A DNA stretch of 60,771 nucleotides, counting the filler. It is 6 parts of 6 records of this genome, joined end to end, with 100 filler letters (N's around TTAATTAATTAA, not from the genome) between each part and the next. Parts side by side here need not be neighbours in the genome. Positions count along the whole stretch, not along the records: positions 34,337 to 40,628 come from SRR31156797_27767; positions 40,729 to 47,920 come from SRR31156797_27772; positions 48,021 to 54,228 come from SRR31156797_27774; 3 more parts are not named here. One strand, written 5' to 3'. Position numbers and translations under genes: made by a program. Of the stretch, positions 40,218-49,931 are shown piece after piece (the first letter of the stretch is position 1; each line of letters begins with the position of its first letter). The notes under the pieces are model-generated. The model was not told where the DNA came from. It searched no databases and worked only from the letters and a program-made list of their open reading frames with translations.

Positions 40218-40601
40218 ATGAGAAAAATAGATATTTATACGATAGAGGGAAAAGAAAATATAGAAGTGGGACCAGATTGTGATGAATGTGTCAGTAATAA
40301 AACTTGCGATGGTGATCTTTGCCCTCCAATGCTAAAGGACATAACTGATTTTATAAATGAGCTGGAGGAACTGAATCTGCTTACTCTAAATATATATAAA
40401 CTCAAAAAAGATAATCACTCGAAAATCGCTAAAGAACTAGAAATCTTAATGAAAAAAAATAAGCAAACATCTAAAATAACAGAAGAAAACATAGAAGATT
40501 TTTTGGATAAATATAATCCAATCATAGCTGTAAATGAAAAAATGACATTTTTTAGAACGATACCAAGTATAAATAGAGTAATTGCTGAGTTAGAGAAGTA
40601 A
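40218..40601 (+). CDS. Hypothetical Cys-containing protein, possibly thioredoxin-like fold
   Basis: CDEC..C..C cluster; PIIAVNEK..IPS C-terminus; GAGGTG RBS. Confidence 0.65.
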   Translation: MRKIDIYTIEGKENIEVGPDCDECVSNKTCDGDLCPPMLKDITDFINELEELNLLTLNIYKLKKDNHSKIAKELEILMKKNKQTSKITEENIEDFLDKYNPIIAVNEKMTFFRTIPSINRVIAELEK

Positions 40602-40628
40602 TCTATAATGAATGTTGTAAATCTTGGC

Positions 40629-40728
40629 NNNNNNNNNNNNNNNNNNNNNNNNNNNNNNNNNNNNNNNNNNNNTTAATTAATTAANNNNNNNNNNNNNNNN
40701 NNNNNNNNNNNNNNNNNNNNNNNNNNNN
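40629..40728. other. Artificial contig spacer
   Basis: N44-TTAATTAATTAA-N44. Confidence 0.99.
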
Positions 40729-41447
40729 ACCCATTTGTCATAGTTTTCCAGGCTGGTGGTTCTGAGCATCATCTCTTCGATCCAGTCGGTGGCGGCCCAG
40801 CCGGTGGCGGCGCCGGACTCGATTCCGACGGCCCAGGGGCTGTCTCCGTCGGAGATGATCATATCCTGAAGGGCGGTCAGCTCTTCCCAGGTCTCGGGGA
40901 CTTCATAACCGGCGGCATCGAATTCCTTCTTGTTGTACCAGACCAGGGACTTACCGTTAACACGGCCCCAGATACCGGCCATGATGGGGCCGTCGGGGGA
41001 TTCCATGGTGGCCATGTCCAGCCAGCTTTCGATGTAGTTAGACTTAACCTTGTTCATGTCCAGGGCTTTGTTCAGGTCTACAACATATCCCTTGGCCACA
41101 AAGTTCTTCAGGAGACCGGGCTGGGGGAAGTCGACGATGTCGGGTGCGTTCCCGCCCTCGATGCTGATGCCGATGGAGGCTTCAAACTCTTTGGAACCCT
41201 CATACTGAATGTCGATGCCCGTCATCTCTTCGAAGGCCTTCACGGAATTTTCGAATTTTACGGCGTCGTTGTCCACAAAGGGACCGGCCATGGTAACGAC
41301 CTTGCCTCTGACCTCTGCGTAGGGATCGTCGGCTTTCTGCTCAACGGCGGGTGCGGCAGCTGCGGGCTCTTCCTTTTTCTGGCAGCCCGTGAGTACGAAG
41401 GATGCAATCAGCAGAACGGCGATTGCAAGCAAACCTAGTTTCTTCAT
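40729..41447 (-). CDS. Sugar ABC transporter substrate-binding lipoprotein (AglE-like), 3' truncated
   Basis: LTGC lipobox; PDI..FPQPG, KSLVWY, IESGAATGW.ATDWIEE. Confidence 0.88.
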
Positions 41448-41495
41448 GTCTTTCTCCTTATCTTTTCAGTCCCTGAGGGACTGAGGAATACGTGT

Positions 41496-42506
41496 TTATG
41501 TCGTTGAACGTTCGATCATGCTTACCTGGAGGTTGATCCTCTGTATAGTCTCGCTCTTCCCCGACAAAAAATCCAATAATAATCCTGCGGCCACTCTTCC
41601 CGAGTCCCCCAGGTGCTGGCTGATCGTGGAAAGCTCCATCCACTGCGCCGTATCTATATCGTCGAATCCCAGGACCGCCGTCTGTTCGGGTATGGAGATT
41701 CCCCTTTCCCGGGCGGCCCGGATAAAACCTATGGCCTGGAGATCGCACATGGCGAAGACCGCTCTGGGGGCCTCGTGTCTGCTCAGGTACTCTGAAAACA
41801 CTCTTCTGGCATCTTCGACGGTGGTATCGGCATAAACCATATTGTCTTCAGTCAGACGGTGACCGGCGGCGGCAAGGCCATCCACAAAGCCCTTCTGACG
41901 CATTTCGGAAGGATGGCAGCTATAGGAGAGTTCCCTGTTCCTGTCGCCCATAAAGAGGCAGGGCAGATAGTCTTTCCTTATAAAAAGCTCCGCCGCCAGA
42001 CGGCCTCCGGCGTAATCGTCCGCCAGTACCCGGGAGTAGTTCTCATCGTCCGACTCCACCATCACCACCGGCAGTTCGGAGGCCTGAAGGGTTCTGTGCT
42101 GCTCCTGGCTCAGGCTGACGGACATGAGAATCAGCCCGTCGATCCTGCGCGTGAAGGGAACGGAATTCAGGTATTCGTCAAGCTGTTCGGGACTCTCGAT
42201 GGTATAGATGACGACCTCGTAGTTCTGCTCTTTCAGAGGGGCGATGGTCCCTCTGAGCCGTTCCACGAAGGACGGGGCGGGGAAGAAGGGGGTGAGGACG
42301 CCTATGCGCCCCACCCGGCGGATCTGGCGGCTGCCGGCGTTGCCCTGGCGCACATAGTCGAGGGCCTCCACGGCTTCGGCTATCTTCTTGCCCGTTCCCT
42401 CTCCGACTCTGGTCGGATCGTTTATATAACGTGAGACGGTGGTAATGCTGACGCCCGCCTCTGCGGCGACGTCGTATATGGTTGCTCGTTTTCTATCGTT
42501 TCTCAT
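41496..42506 (-). CDS. LacI family transcriptional regulator
   Basis: ATIYDVAAEAGVSITTVSR HTH; LGFDD..LSTISQ. Confidence 0.95.
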   Translation of the reverse strand: MRNDRKRATIYDVAAEAGVSITTVSRYINDPTRVGEGTGKKIAEAVEALDYVRQGNAGSRQIRRVGRIGVLTPFFPAPSFVERLRGTIAPLKEQNYEVVIYTIESPEQLDEYLNSVPFTRRIDGLILMSVSLSQEQHRTLQASELPVVMVESDDENYSRVLADDYAGGRLAAELFIRKDYLPCLFMGDRNRELSYSCHPSEMRQKGFVDGLAAAGHRLTEDNMVYADTTVEDARRVFSEYLSRHEAPRAVFAMCDLQAIGFIRAARERGISIPEQTAVLGFDDIDTAQWMELSTISQHLGDSGRVAAGLLLDFLSGKSETIQRINLQVSMIERSTT

Positions 42507-42523
42507 AATTGCTCTAAAAAGGT

Positions 42524-42553
42524 ATGAAAGAACTTTTATGAAAGTACTTTCAT
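42524..42553. promoter_or_regulatory. Tandem palindromic operator upstream of the LacI gene
   Basis: Perfect atgaaagtactttcat (42538-42553) overlapping imperfect atgaaagaacttttat (42524-42539). Confidence 0.7.
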
Positions 42554-42704
42554 GAGCTCATGATAGCACTGTCGCCAGGGATCTGTCAAATTAATGTTTT
42601 CTGTTTACCCGGGCGCAAAGCTCTTCCCATAAGTTATTATTTCTTAAACGCACTGAAGTGTGATAACATCTGTGGAAAGGACAGACGAATTAATCAGGAG
42701 ACTC

Positions 42705-45700
42705 ATGAAGAAAACTGTCTTGTTTCTGCTTTTTTATACTTTAGCCTTCTCCCTGTCCGCCCAGGTCAACGGAAGCGGCAGACCTTCCATTCTCATCCTC
42801 TACTCCTATCATCCCGGCAACGACTGGGAGGACAGCGTGCATCATGCTCTGATGGACGAGCTGAAAAAAAACCTCCCCGGAGCCCGTCTGCATGTGGAGT
42901 ATCTGGATACGAAGCGCTTCGATCCCTCCTCCCGTGAGGAGACCAATCTCAGGCTTCTGGAGAAGTACGATGAACAGCCCCTCTCCCTGATTGTAGCCGT
43001 GGATGATAACGCCCTGGCCTTTCTGGCCGGTCCCGCATCCGGGTTTCGTCCCCGCCTGCCTGTGGTTTTCTGCGGGGTGGGGGATTACGACTCTCTGAAA
43101 GACGGCATCCGCCGTCCCCATACGGGTGTGGTGAGCCGCATCAATCTGGCCGGTACCCTCGATCTGGCCTACCGGCTCGTCCCCGGCTTGAAAAGGGTCT
43201 ACGTCGTTGCCGATTCGACCCCGACGGGCCGGGGGGCGGAGCGGATGGTTCGGGAGCAGTCCGGAGATCTGAGGGGAAGCCTGGCGTCCCTTGACTTCGA
43301 ATACTGCGATTCGGACGCGCTCTCCACGGATGAACTCCTTCATAAAAGCGCCGATTTGGACTCGGATACGCTGATGCTTTTCGTCATCTGGAGCAGGGAC
43401 GGCCGGGGGGAGTATATCTCTGAAAAGGAATTCCTTGCCAGACTCAAGGCAAGGAGCTCCGTCCCCGTTTTCAACCTTATGCACAAGCGTACCGGCCTGC
43501 TGGGGGGACGGGTTAGCTCCGGCGAGACTCAGGCCTCTTTAGCGGTCCGAAAGATCCGGGATATTCTGGGGGGAATCCCCGTCGCTTCCATTCCCGTAAC
43601 GGACAGGGACACAACTTCCTACGTCGTCGACGCCGAGAGGTTGGTCTTCTGGAAACTGGATAGGAAAGCTCTGCCCGCGGGGACGGAACTCCTGGGGGAG
43701 CTTCCCGAAGAAACGGAGGGGCCGCTCAGGTTCATAGCTGTGGGCGCCGCCGGCCTTTCTCTTCTTCTGGCCCTAGCCCTCGTTCTGCTCCTCTCAATCT
43801 ACAGAAGGAGCGTCCGGACCCTGCGGGGGATCGAGAACGCCAGGGCCGTTCTGTCGGAGACCATCGAGGAAGCGTTTGTTTCCGCCGATGCCGCCGGTCG
43901 GATCCTCATCCTTAATCCGGCGGCGGCCCGTTTGTCGGGCCTGACGCAAAACGATGCCTCGGGCAGAGCCCTCGCCGAGGTCCTGGCGCTGGAAGCCCAC
44001 GGTCGGGGGGGAGGGGACGCTCATCCCGTCGAGCAGGTCCTGAAGGGAGAGAGGGACGCCTTCAGCTGTGAAAGCATGGTCCTGGTCAGGCCGGACGGAA
44101 AGAGGATCCCCATCGAGGCTTCAGCCGTCCCGCTGACCTCCCATGCCGGAGGAGCCCCCGCGGAGGGGGTCTTCTTTCTGTTCAGAGACGTCTCCCATGT
44201 GGAGAAAATGCAGGAGATCCTCCATAACGAGCAGAGGAGACTGAGGGACGCCCAGGCCATGGCCATGATCGGTAACTGGGAGTACAATCCCGAGGCCGGC
44301 GAATACTGGTATTCCCGTGAGGTCTACACCCTTACGAAAACCGATCCCGCCCGGCAGCCCCCTCCCGGGATCCTTGATTTTATGAAGAGGTTTTTACCGG
44401 ACTGGCATCACGGCGATCCCCTTCCCGCATCCCTTCTGAACGGAGACTACGGGCTTAAATCGCTGGTGACCGTCCCCGGGAGGGACGGCGGCAATTCCAT
44501 CCTCCATCTTATGGCGCGGATGGCCCGGAATCCGGATAACGGAGGGATGATCGTAACCGGAATCCTGCAGGATTTCTCAGAGCTGATGGAGGCGAAAGCG
44601 GCCTTGAAGCTGAGCCAGGAACAGCTGAGGCAGGCGGCCCGCATGGAAGCGGTGGGAAAGCTGGCCGGAGGGATAGCCCATGAGTTCAACAATCTTCTTC
44701 AGATCATACTCGGTTACGGTCAGCTGCTTGCGGACGAGGTCGATGAAAAGCTGCTCCAAACCTATGTGGAGCCCATACTGAATACGGCCGGCAGCGCAAG
44801 AAACCTGACGCGTCAGCTTCTGCTGTTCAGCCGGAAAGAGAATCTGGACATGAAGCCCACGGCCCTCTCCTCTCTCGTCAAGGGACTGGCCCCTCTTCTC
44901 TCGCGCCTGATCGGCGAGGATATTCAGCTGGAATATGACCTGGAATGCGAAAGGGACTGGGTTGTCGTGGACAGGCATCAGATAGAGCAGGTGATCATCA
45001 ATCTCTGTCTCAATGCCCGGGACGCCATGCCCGGAGGAGGGATGCTGCACCTCTCCCAGGACAATCGTAGCTTCGTGCTGCCCCAGCCGGGGGTCGACGG
45101 TCTGATCCCATCGGGAGCATACGTCCACCTCTGCGTCAGCGACAGCGGAACGGGGATCGGCGAGGATATTCTGCCTCAGATCTTCGATCCTTTTTTTACG
45201 ACGAAACAGCAGGAGAAGGGAACGGGGCTCGGCCTCTCGCTCGTCTACGGAATCATACGTCAGCACAAGGGGTTTCTCAATGTCGAGACCGACCGGAACA
45301 AGGGGACATCCTTCCATATCTATCTTCCCAGGGAGGAGCTTCTTCCTGCTAAAGCGGATGAGTTAATGGATCAGCCAGGAGTGGAACGACTGGACGGCGG
45401 AATCGTATACATGGCGGAAGACGATCCCATGGTCCGCCAGCTTACCGAGATCATGCTGAGAAACAGCGGCTTCCATATAGAGAGTTTTGTCAGCGGCAAG
45501 GAGCTCGTGGGCAGGCTGGACGAGGGCAGGATCGGGAATATCGATCTGTTTCTTCTGGATGTTATTATGCCCGATATGGGAGGGGTGGAGGCATTCCATA
45601 AACTCAGGTCCATGGGCTATGATAGGCCCGTGCTCTTTATGAGCGGATATACGGAAGAGAAACTCCGGAATCTGAAGGATCTTGAGAACGCCTCTCTGAT

Positions 45701-45767
45701 CCGCAAGCCCTTTACCATGAAAGACCTGGTCGGGCGGATACGCGAAATGATCAATTCCACGCCATGA
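42705..45767 (+). CDS. Hybrid sensor histidine kinase (periplasmic sensor-PAS-HK-REC)
   Basis: ILYSYHPG sensor, TM, PAS, LAGGIAHEFNN, NARDAM, GTGLGL, C-terminal REC LLDVIMP. Confidence 0.93.
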   Translation: MKKTVLFLLFYTLAFSLSAQVNGSGRPSILILYSYHPGNDWEDSVHHALMDELKKNLPGARLHVEYLDTKRFDPSSREETNLRLLEKYDEQPLSLIVAVDDNALAFLAGPASGFRPRLPVVFCGVGDYDSLKDGIRRPHTGVVSRINLAGTLDLAYRLVPGLKRVYVVADSTPTGRGAERMVREQSGDLRGSLASLDFEYCDSDALSTDELLHKSADLDSDTLMLFVIWSRDGRGEYISEKEFLARLKARSSVPVFNLMHKRTGLLGGRVSSGETQASLAVRKIRDILGGIPVASIPVTDRDTTSYVVDAERLVFWKLDRKALPAGTELLGELPEETEGPLRFIAVGAAGLSLLLALALVLLLSIYRRSVRTLRGIENARAVLSETIEEAFVSADAAGRILILNPAAARLSGLTQNDASGRALAEVLALEAHGRGGGDAHPVEQVLKGERDAFSCESMVLVRPDGKRIPIEASAVPLTSHAGGAPAEGVFFLFRDVSHVEKMQEILHNEQRRLRDAQAMAMIGNWEYNPEAGEYWYSREVYTLTKTDPARQPPPGILDFMKRFLPDWHHGDPLPASLLNGDYGLKSLVTVPGRDGGNSILHLMARMARNPDNGGMIVTGILQDFSELMEAKAALKLSQEQLRQAARMEAVGKLAGGIAHEFNNLLQIILGYGQLLADEVDEKLLQTYVEPILNTAGSARNLTRQLLLFSRKENLDMKPTALSSLVKGLAPLLSRLIGEDIQLEYDLECERDWVVVDRHQIEQVIINLCLNARDAMPGGGMLHLSQDNRSFVLPQPGVDGLIPSGAYVHLCVSDSGTGIGEDILPQIFDPFFTTKQQEKGTGLGLSLVYGIIRQHKGFLNVETDRNKGTSFHIYLPREELLPAKADELMDQPGVERLDGGIVYMAEDDPMVRQLTEIMLRNSGFHIESFVSGKELVGRLDEGRIGNIDLFLLDVIMPDMGGVEAFHKLRSMGYDRPVLFMSGYTEEKLRNLKDLENASLIRKPFTMKDLVGRIREMINSTP

Positions 45768-45799
45768 TTCCTGTTTCATCCCAAAAAGGAGATTTATAA

Positions 45800-46537
45800 A
45801 TGGAGAGAACAGTCAGCTCCTATCACAGCATTATGGAGAGTATGAAGACCGGAGAAGGGACTCTTTATCTTTCCAGAAGCAATAAGCGCATCGCCGAGCT
45901 GGAGAGAACGGCCGGACAGAAGAATATAAAGGTTAAAAAGATATCCCCCGCCGAGATGGATAGGATGAGCGGTAGCGAGGGCCACAAGGGCGCTCTTTTC
46001 GTTGAGAAGGTCAGGCCCTCGGAGAAGAGCGGTTCCCGCCGTTTCAGCGATCTGAAAAGCTATCTGAAGGAGAAGGGGGCGGAGGAACAGCAGCTGGTCC
46101 TTATGCTGGACGGCATCACCGATCCCCACAACCTGGGGGCCATTCTCAGATCGGCGGATCAGTTCTCCGTTGATCTGGTGATCCTGCCGGGTCACAGAAG
46201 CGCTTCGATCAACGCCACGGTGGCCAAGGTTTCGGTGGGAGCCCATGCCTGGGTGCCCACCCTTCAGGTGAACAACGCCGCCAGGGCTCTGGAACAGCTC
46301 AAGGGCGAAGGCTTCTGGATCTACGGCGCCGATATGGGCGGAGACACGGCGGCCCGGACCGATCTGACCGGCCGGACCTGCCTGGTCATGGGCTCGGAGG
46401 GGAAGGGGATCTCCCGGCTCCTGAAGGAAAAATGCGACACCATGGTCAGCATCCCCATGGCGGGTCATGTGGATTCCCTGAACGTCTCCGTGGCCGCGGG
46501 AATCCTAATGTATGAGGTCGTCCGCCAGCGAGGCTGA
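45800..46537 (+). CDS. rlmB: 23S rRNA G2251 2'-O-methyltransferase (SPOUT)
   Basis: LDGITDPHNLGAILRSA, MGSEGKG, IPMAGHVDSLNVSVA. Confidence 0.92.
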   Translation: MERTVSSYHSIMESMKTGEGTLYLSRSNKRIAELERTAGQKNIKVKKISPAEMDRMSGSEGHKGALFVEKVRPSEKSGSRRFSDLKSYLKEKGAEEQQLVLMLDGITDPHNLGAILRSADQFSVDLVILPGHRSASINATVAKVSVGAHAWVPTLQVNNAARALEQLKGEGFWIYGADMGGDTAARTDLTGRTCLVMGSEGKGISRLLKEKCDTMVSIPMAGHVDSLNVSVAAGILMYEVVRQRG

Positions 46538-47689
46538 TATCCTCTCCAGCCCCTCTCTCAGAAGGGAGCGGGGGCAGCCGTAGTTCAGGCGGAAGAAGCC
46601 TTCTCCCCCCCGGCCGAACCAATCGCCTTCCACAAGGGCGATCTTTCCCTTTTTCAGCAGACGGTCCTCTACGGTTTTGGGGGCCAGCCCCGATTCCCGG
46701 AAATCCAGCCAGCCGATAAAGCCGGCGTCCGGTCTCATCAGCTTGACGCTGGGGAGGTTTTCACTCAGGTACTCTTCGATCATCCTGATGTTCTCCCGCA
46801 GGTAGATCTTCAGGGCGATCAGCCACTCCGATCCCTCCTTGTAGACGGCCTCCCCGATGGCCAGGGCCAGGGCGGAGCCTTCCTGCTGACAGAAGGCCAG
46901 CTGTATGTCGTGGTAGGCCTTTCTTTTCTCTCTGCTTCCGAAAATGGCCACCGACAGCTTCTCTCCGGCGATGTTGAAGGTCTTGGACGGGGCCATCAGG
47001 GTCATCGCGTTGGCCGCGGCCTCGCCCGAGAGAGAGGAAAAGGGGATGTGAGGCCTTTCTCCCAGGACAAGATCCCCGTGAATCTCATCCGAGATGACGA
47101 AGACGCCGTGCCTGCGGCAGATGGCATCCAGCCTTTCCAGTTCCTCCCTCTCCCAGACCCTGCCGCCGGGATTGTGGGGGCTGCAGAGCAGAAGGAGCCG
47201 GCAGCCGGGCCGGGAGGCCTTGGCTTCCAGGTCCTCGTAGTCCATCTCATAGCGGCCGTCTTTGAGGATCAGCTGATTGACCAGGGGCTCCCTGTTCTGA
47301 CGGACGATCATATTGCGGAAGGGCTGGTAGACCGGCTCCTGGAGGATGACGCCCTCCCCTTCGGATGAAAAGAGGTGGACCCCCATGCTCATGGCTCCGA
47401 CAATGCCGGGGGTGAAGCAGACCTTGTCCATGGAAACGGACCAGTTGTGCTCCGACTCGGCCCAGCCCTGCCAGGCCTTGAGGAAATAGCGGTCCGTGGC
47501 GGGGTAGCCGAATATGCCGTGATCCGCCCTTTCCTTGAGGGTTTCCGCCACGATCGCGGGAGAGGCGAAATCCATATCCGCCACCCAGAAGGGGAGCATG
47601 TTGTCGCTGCCGAAGCGGGCCTGCAGGACCTGACGGTCCCATTTGGCTGCGTTGCTTTCCGTTCTGTCAATAATCTCGTCAAAATCCAT
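46505..47689 (-). CDS. MalY/PatB family PLP-dependent C-S lyase
   Basis: WVADMDF, CSPHNPGG, SDEIH, APSKTFN, RLNYGCPR. Confidence 0.93.
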   Translation of the reverse strand: MDFDEIIDRTESNAAKWDRQVLQARFGSDNMLPFWVADMDFASPAIVAETLKERADHGIFGYPATDRYFLKAWQGWAESEHNWSVSMDKVCFTPGIVGAMSMGVHLFSSEGEGVILQEPVYQPFRNMIVRQNREPLVNQLILKDGRYEMDYEDLEAKASRPGCRLLLLCSPHNPGGRVWEREELERLDAICRRHGVFVISDEIHGDLVLGERPHIPFSSLSGEAAANAMTLMAPSKTFNIAGEKLSVAIFGSREKRKAYHDIQLAFCQQEGSALALAIGEAVYKEGSEWLIALKIYLRENIRMIEEYLSENLPSVKLMRPDAGFIGWLDFRESGLAPKTVEDRLLKKGKIALVEGDWFGRGGEGFFRLNYGCPRSLLREGLERISASLADDLIH

Positions 47690-47745
47690 TATTCGGCTCC
47701 TTGCGTCTTTATCCCTTCCGGGTCGTTTTTCCGTACGATCTTCCG

Positions 47746-47920
47746 TTACAGGAATCCTTCGATTATACTCAATCCGATCATGCTGGTCAGGGCGGCCAGG
47801 CTGGTGCTTATCATGATGATCAGGGCCGCCAGCTCTCCGTCGTTATCCATGGCCTCGGCCATTATATGGCTGGAAACGGCGGTGGGCGCTCCCATTATCA
47901 GGAAGATCATCCCCAGCTCC
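47746..47920 (-). CDS. AEC family transporter, C-terminal fragment
   Basis: Hand translation ELGMIFLIMGAPTAVSSHIMAEAMDNDGELAALIIMISTSLAALT..GFL*. Confidence 0.75.
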
Positions 47921-48020
47921 NNNNNNNNNNNNNNNNNNNNNNNNNNNNNNNNNNNNNNNNNNNNTTAATTAATTAANNNNNNNNNNNNNNNNNNNNNNNN
48001 NNNNNNNNNNNNNNNNNNNN
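47921..48020. other. Artificial contig spacer
   Basis: N44-TTAATTAATTAA-N44. Confidence 0.99.
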
Positions 48021-48377
48021 GTGGACCGCCAGGGCGGGCGCCGCTACTACGGCGACTGGCTGATAGAGCTCTTTCCCGGTTCAGCCCTGAGGGCTTTGCG
48101 AGAGACAAAGGAACTCTCCCGCTATGAAGCGGGGGACAGCCATATCGAGTTCCGGGTGAAAGCCGACGCCCAGTGCTTCGAAACGGCCCTGGCGTCCATG
48201 TTCGCCAAATACGCCCGGGAGCTCTGCATGAAGGCCTTCAACGGCTACTGGCAAAAACGCAGCCCCGAACTGAAGAGGACCGCGGGCTACTACAGCGACG
48301 GCCAGCGCTTCATCAAAGAGCTGAAGGAACAGCATCTCTATCCGGAAGATTCGGATATGATCCTCCGCCGGAAATAA
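48021..48377 (+). CDS. RNase HII-like protein, C-terminal fragment
   Basis: KAD....ALASMFAKYARE..GY motif resembles RNase HII; 5' truncated. Confidence 0.55.
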   Translation: MDRQGGRRYYGDWLIELFPGSALRALRETKELSRYEAGDSHIEFRVKADAQCFETALASMFAKYARELCMKAFNGYWQKRSPELKRTAGYYSDGQRFIKELKEQHLYPEDSDMILRRK

Positions 48378-48382
48378 AACGC

Positions 48383-49777
48383 TTACGGCCCTTGGTAGTA
48401 GTCGGCCATGGCCAGGCCGGCGGCGATGCTCCGGAAGGGATCCCACTCCTCAACGCATCCGGGGAAGCGCTCCTCCAGGATCCGTCTTACCGAGGGGATC
48501 AGCGAGGATCCGCCGGTGGACACGACCCTGTTCACGCGGTCGATTCCGTTCCGCGCCAGCAGATCCTCAATGGTCACGGGAATCTCCTCCAGAAGGGAGG
48601 CCATGGCCCGGTTCAGATCCTCCCGGTTCAGCTCAAGCTCAAGATTGATACCCGGATAGGACAGAACCGTTTTCTCTTTATGGCTCAGTTCCTTCTTGGC
48701 CTGCTCTATCAGCTTGAGGAGGGTAAAGCTGCCGTTGCTGCGGATAAGCCTGTTCAGCCGGTCGGCCTTCCCGGCGACCTCGCCCCCCGTCAGAAGAGCC
48801 CGGCTGATCTCCTCCAGATAACGGGCCTGGTTGAGCAGGTGGGTGCTCTGCCAGTTCAGAAGATACTCCTCGAACAGAGAGAAGGGAAAGGGATAGCTGG
48901 AAAGGCTTCCGTCATCCTTCCTGAAGGGGATCTCCGACGCCGATCCGAGCAGGGGGAAAACAGACTTGCGATACAGCTCCCGGTCTATCCAGTCTCCCGC
49001 TCTTGTGATCCCCGCCGTATCCAGAACGCGGAACTCCCGTCCCCTGCCTTTCTCCAGCAGGGCGAGGTCCAGGGTTCCCCCGCCGAAGTCGAAGACCAGC
49101 ATGCGCTCTCCCTCCGCCAGCCTGTGATCCTCCAGATAGCTCCAGGCCGCCCCGACGGGCTCTTCGAGAAAGCGGGGCGCCGGGAATTCCGCCAGCCTCA
49201 GGGCCGTCTCCATGCGCCTGAGGGCCCGCTCGCCCTTCCGGTCGTCGCTGCCCTGATACCGTACGGGCCGTCCGATGCAGACGGTGGGAAAGGAGTAGCC
49301 CTGGTTCTCCCAACGCATCCTGATCTGCCCCAGAAGCATGTTCAGAAGGGCCTCCAGGCGAAAGGATTTCCGGAACACCTTGAAGCGCTTGTCCTCATGT
49401 TCTCCCAGGTACATCTTCAGGCCGCGGAAGAGGCGCCCCGGCTGATCCTTGTCCACACGGGCATGGAGACGGGCCGTAAAACTCCGGTCCCGTTCTATGA
49501 AATAGTCCCGGTCCATCTCGCCCATATGGACCTCGATGGTTCCGACCTCCACCTCCGAAAGGCGGATCTTCCTGTCCGTATTGTCCTCAAGGTAGCGCTG
49601 CAGGGCCCGGCTTCCCGTCTCGTACTCGCCGTCCCTGTGGAGGTAGAGGGCCGAGGGCATAACCGTCCCCCGGTCCAGTCCCGTATCGATGCGTATATAA
49701 TCAAGATTCTGGCCGTCATAGACGGCCAGGGTGGTATTGGAGTTCCCGAAATCCAGTCCGGCGCCGATCTTTTTCAT
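48383..49777 (-). CDS. Hsp70-family protein (YegD-like)
   Basis: GLDFGNSNT, IGRPV, EEPVGAA, FDFGGGTLD, TGGSSLIP. Confidence 0.9.
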   Translation of the reverse strand: MKKIGAGLDFGNSNTTLAVYDGQNLDYIRIDTGLDRGTVMPSALYLHRDGEYETGSRALQRYLEDNTDRKIRLSEVEVGTIEVHMGEMDRDYFIERDRSFTARLHARVDKDQPGRLFRGLKMYLGEHEDKRFKVFRKSFRLEALLNMLLGQIRMRWENQGYSFPTVCIGRPVRYQGSDDRKGERALRRMETALRLAEFPAPRFLEEPVGAAWSYLEDHRLAEGERMLVFDFGGGTLDLALLEKGRGREFRVLDTAGITRAGDWIDRELYRKSVFPLLGSASEIPFRKDDGSLSSYPFPFSLFEEYLLNWQSTHLLNQARYLEEISRALLTGGEVAGKADRLNRLIRSNGSFTLLKLIEQAKKELSHKEKTVLSYPGINLELELNREDLNRAMASLLEEIPVTIEDLLARNGIDRVNRVVSTGGSSLIPSVRRILEERFPGCVEEWDPFRSIAAGLAMADYYQGP

Positions 49778-49931
49778 AGTATCTGTTCATAGCAGAAAGG
49801 AGAGAAAGGAACAATCCTCTCCTTTCCCTCCGCCCCGGCTCCCGGGAAAAATAATTTCCTATGTACAAAGCGTGAACTAGGATTATAATAGCCACACACT
49901 AACACACTACGCATTCCACAGGAGATTCGTT

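Noticed and set aside
34337-40628. CRISPR array or type III TA repeat array near the HEPN-motif gene
   Set aside because: No regularly spaced direct repeats found by eye in the intergenic DNA.
46505-46537. 33-nt convergent overlap of rlmB and the malY/patB gene
   Set aside because: Short tail-to-tail overlaps are common and do not imply regulation.
48173-49792. 539-aa plus-strand ORF
   Set aside because: Antisense shadow of the Hsp70-family gene in high-GC DNA; no motifs.
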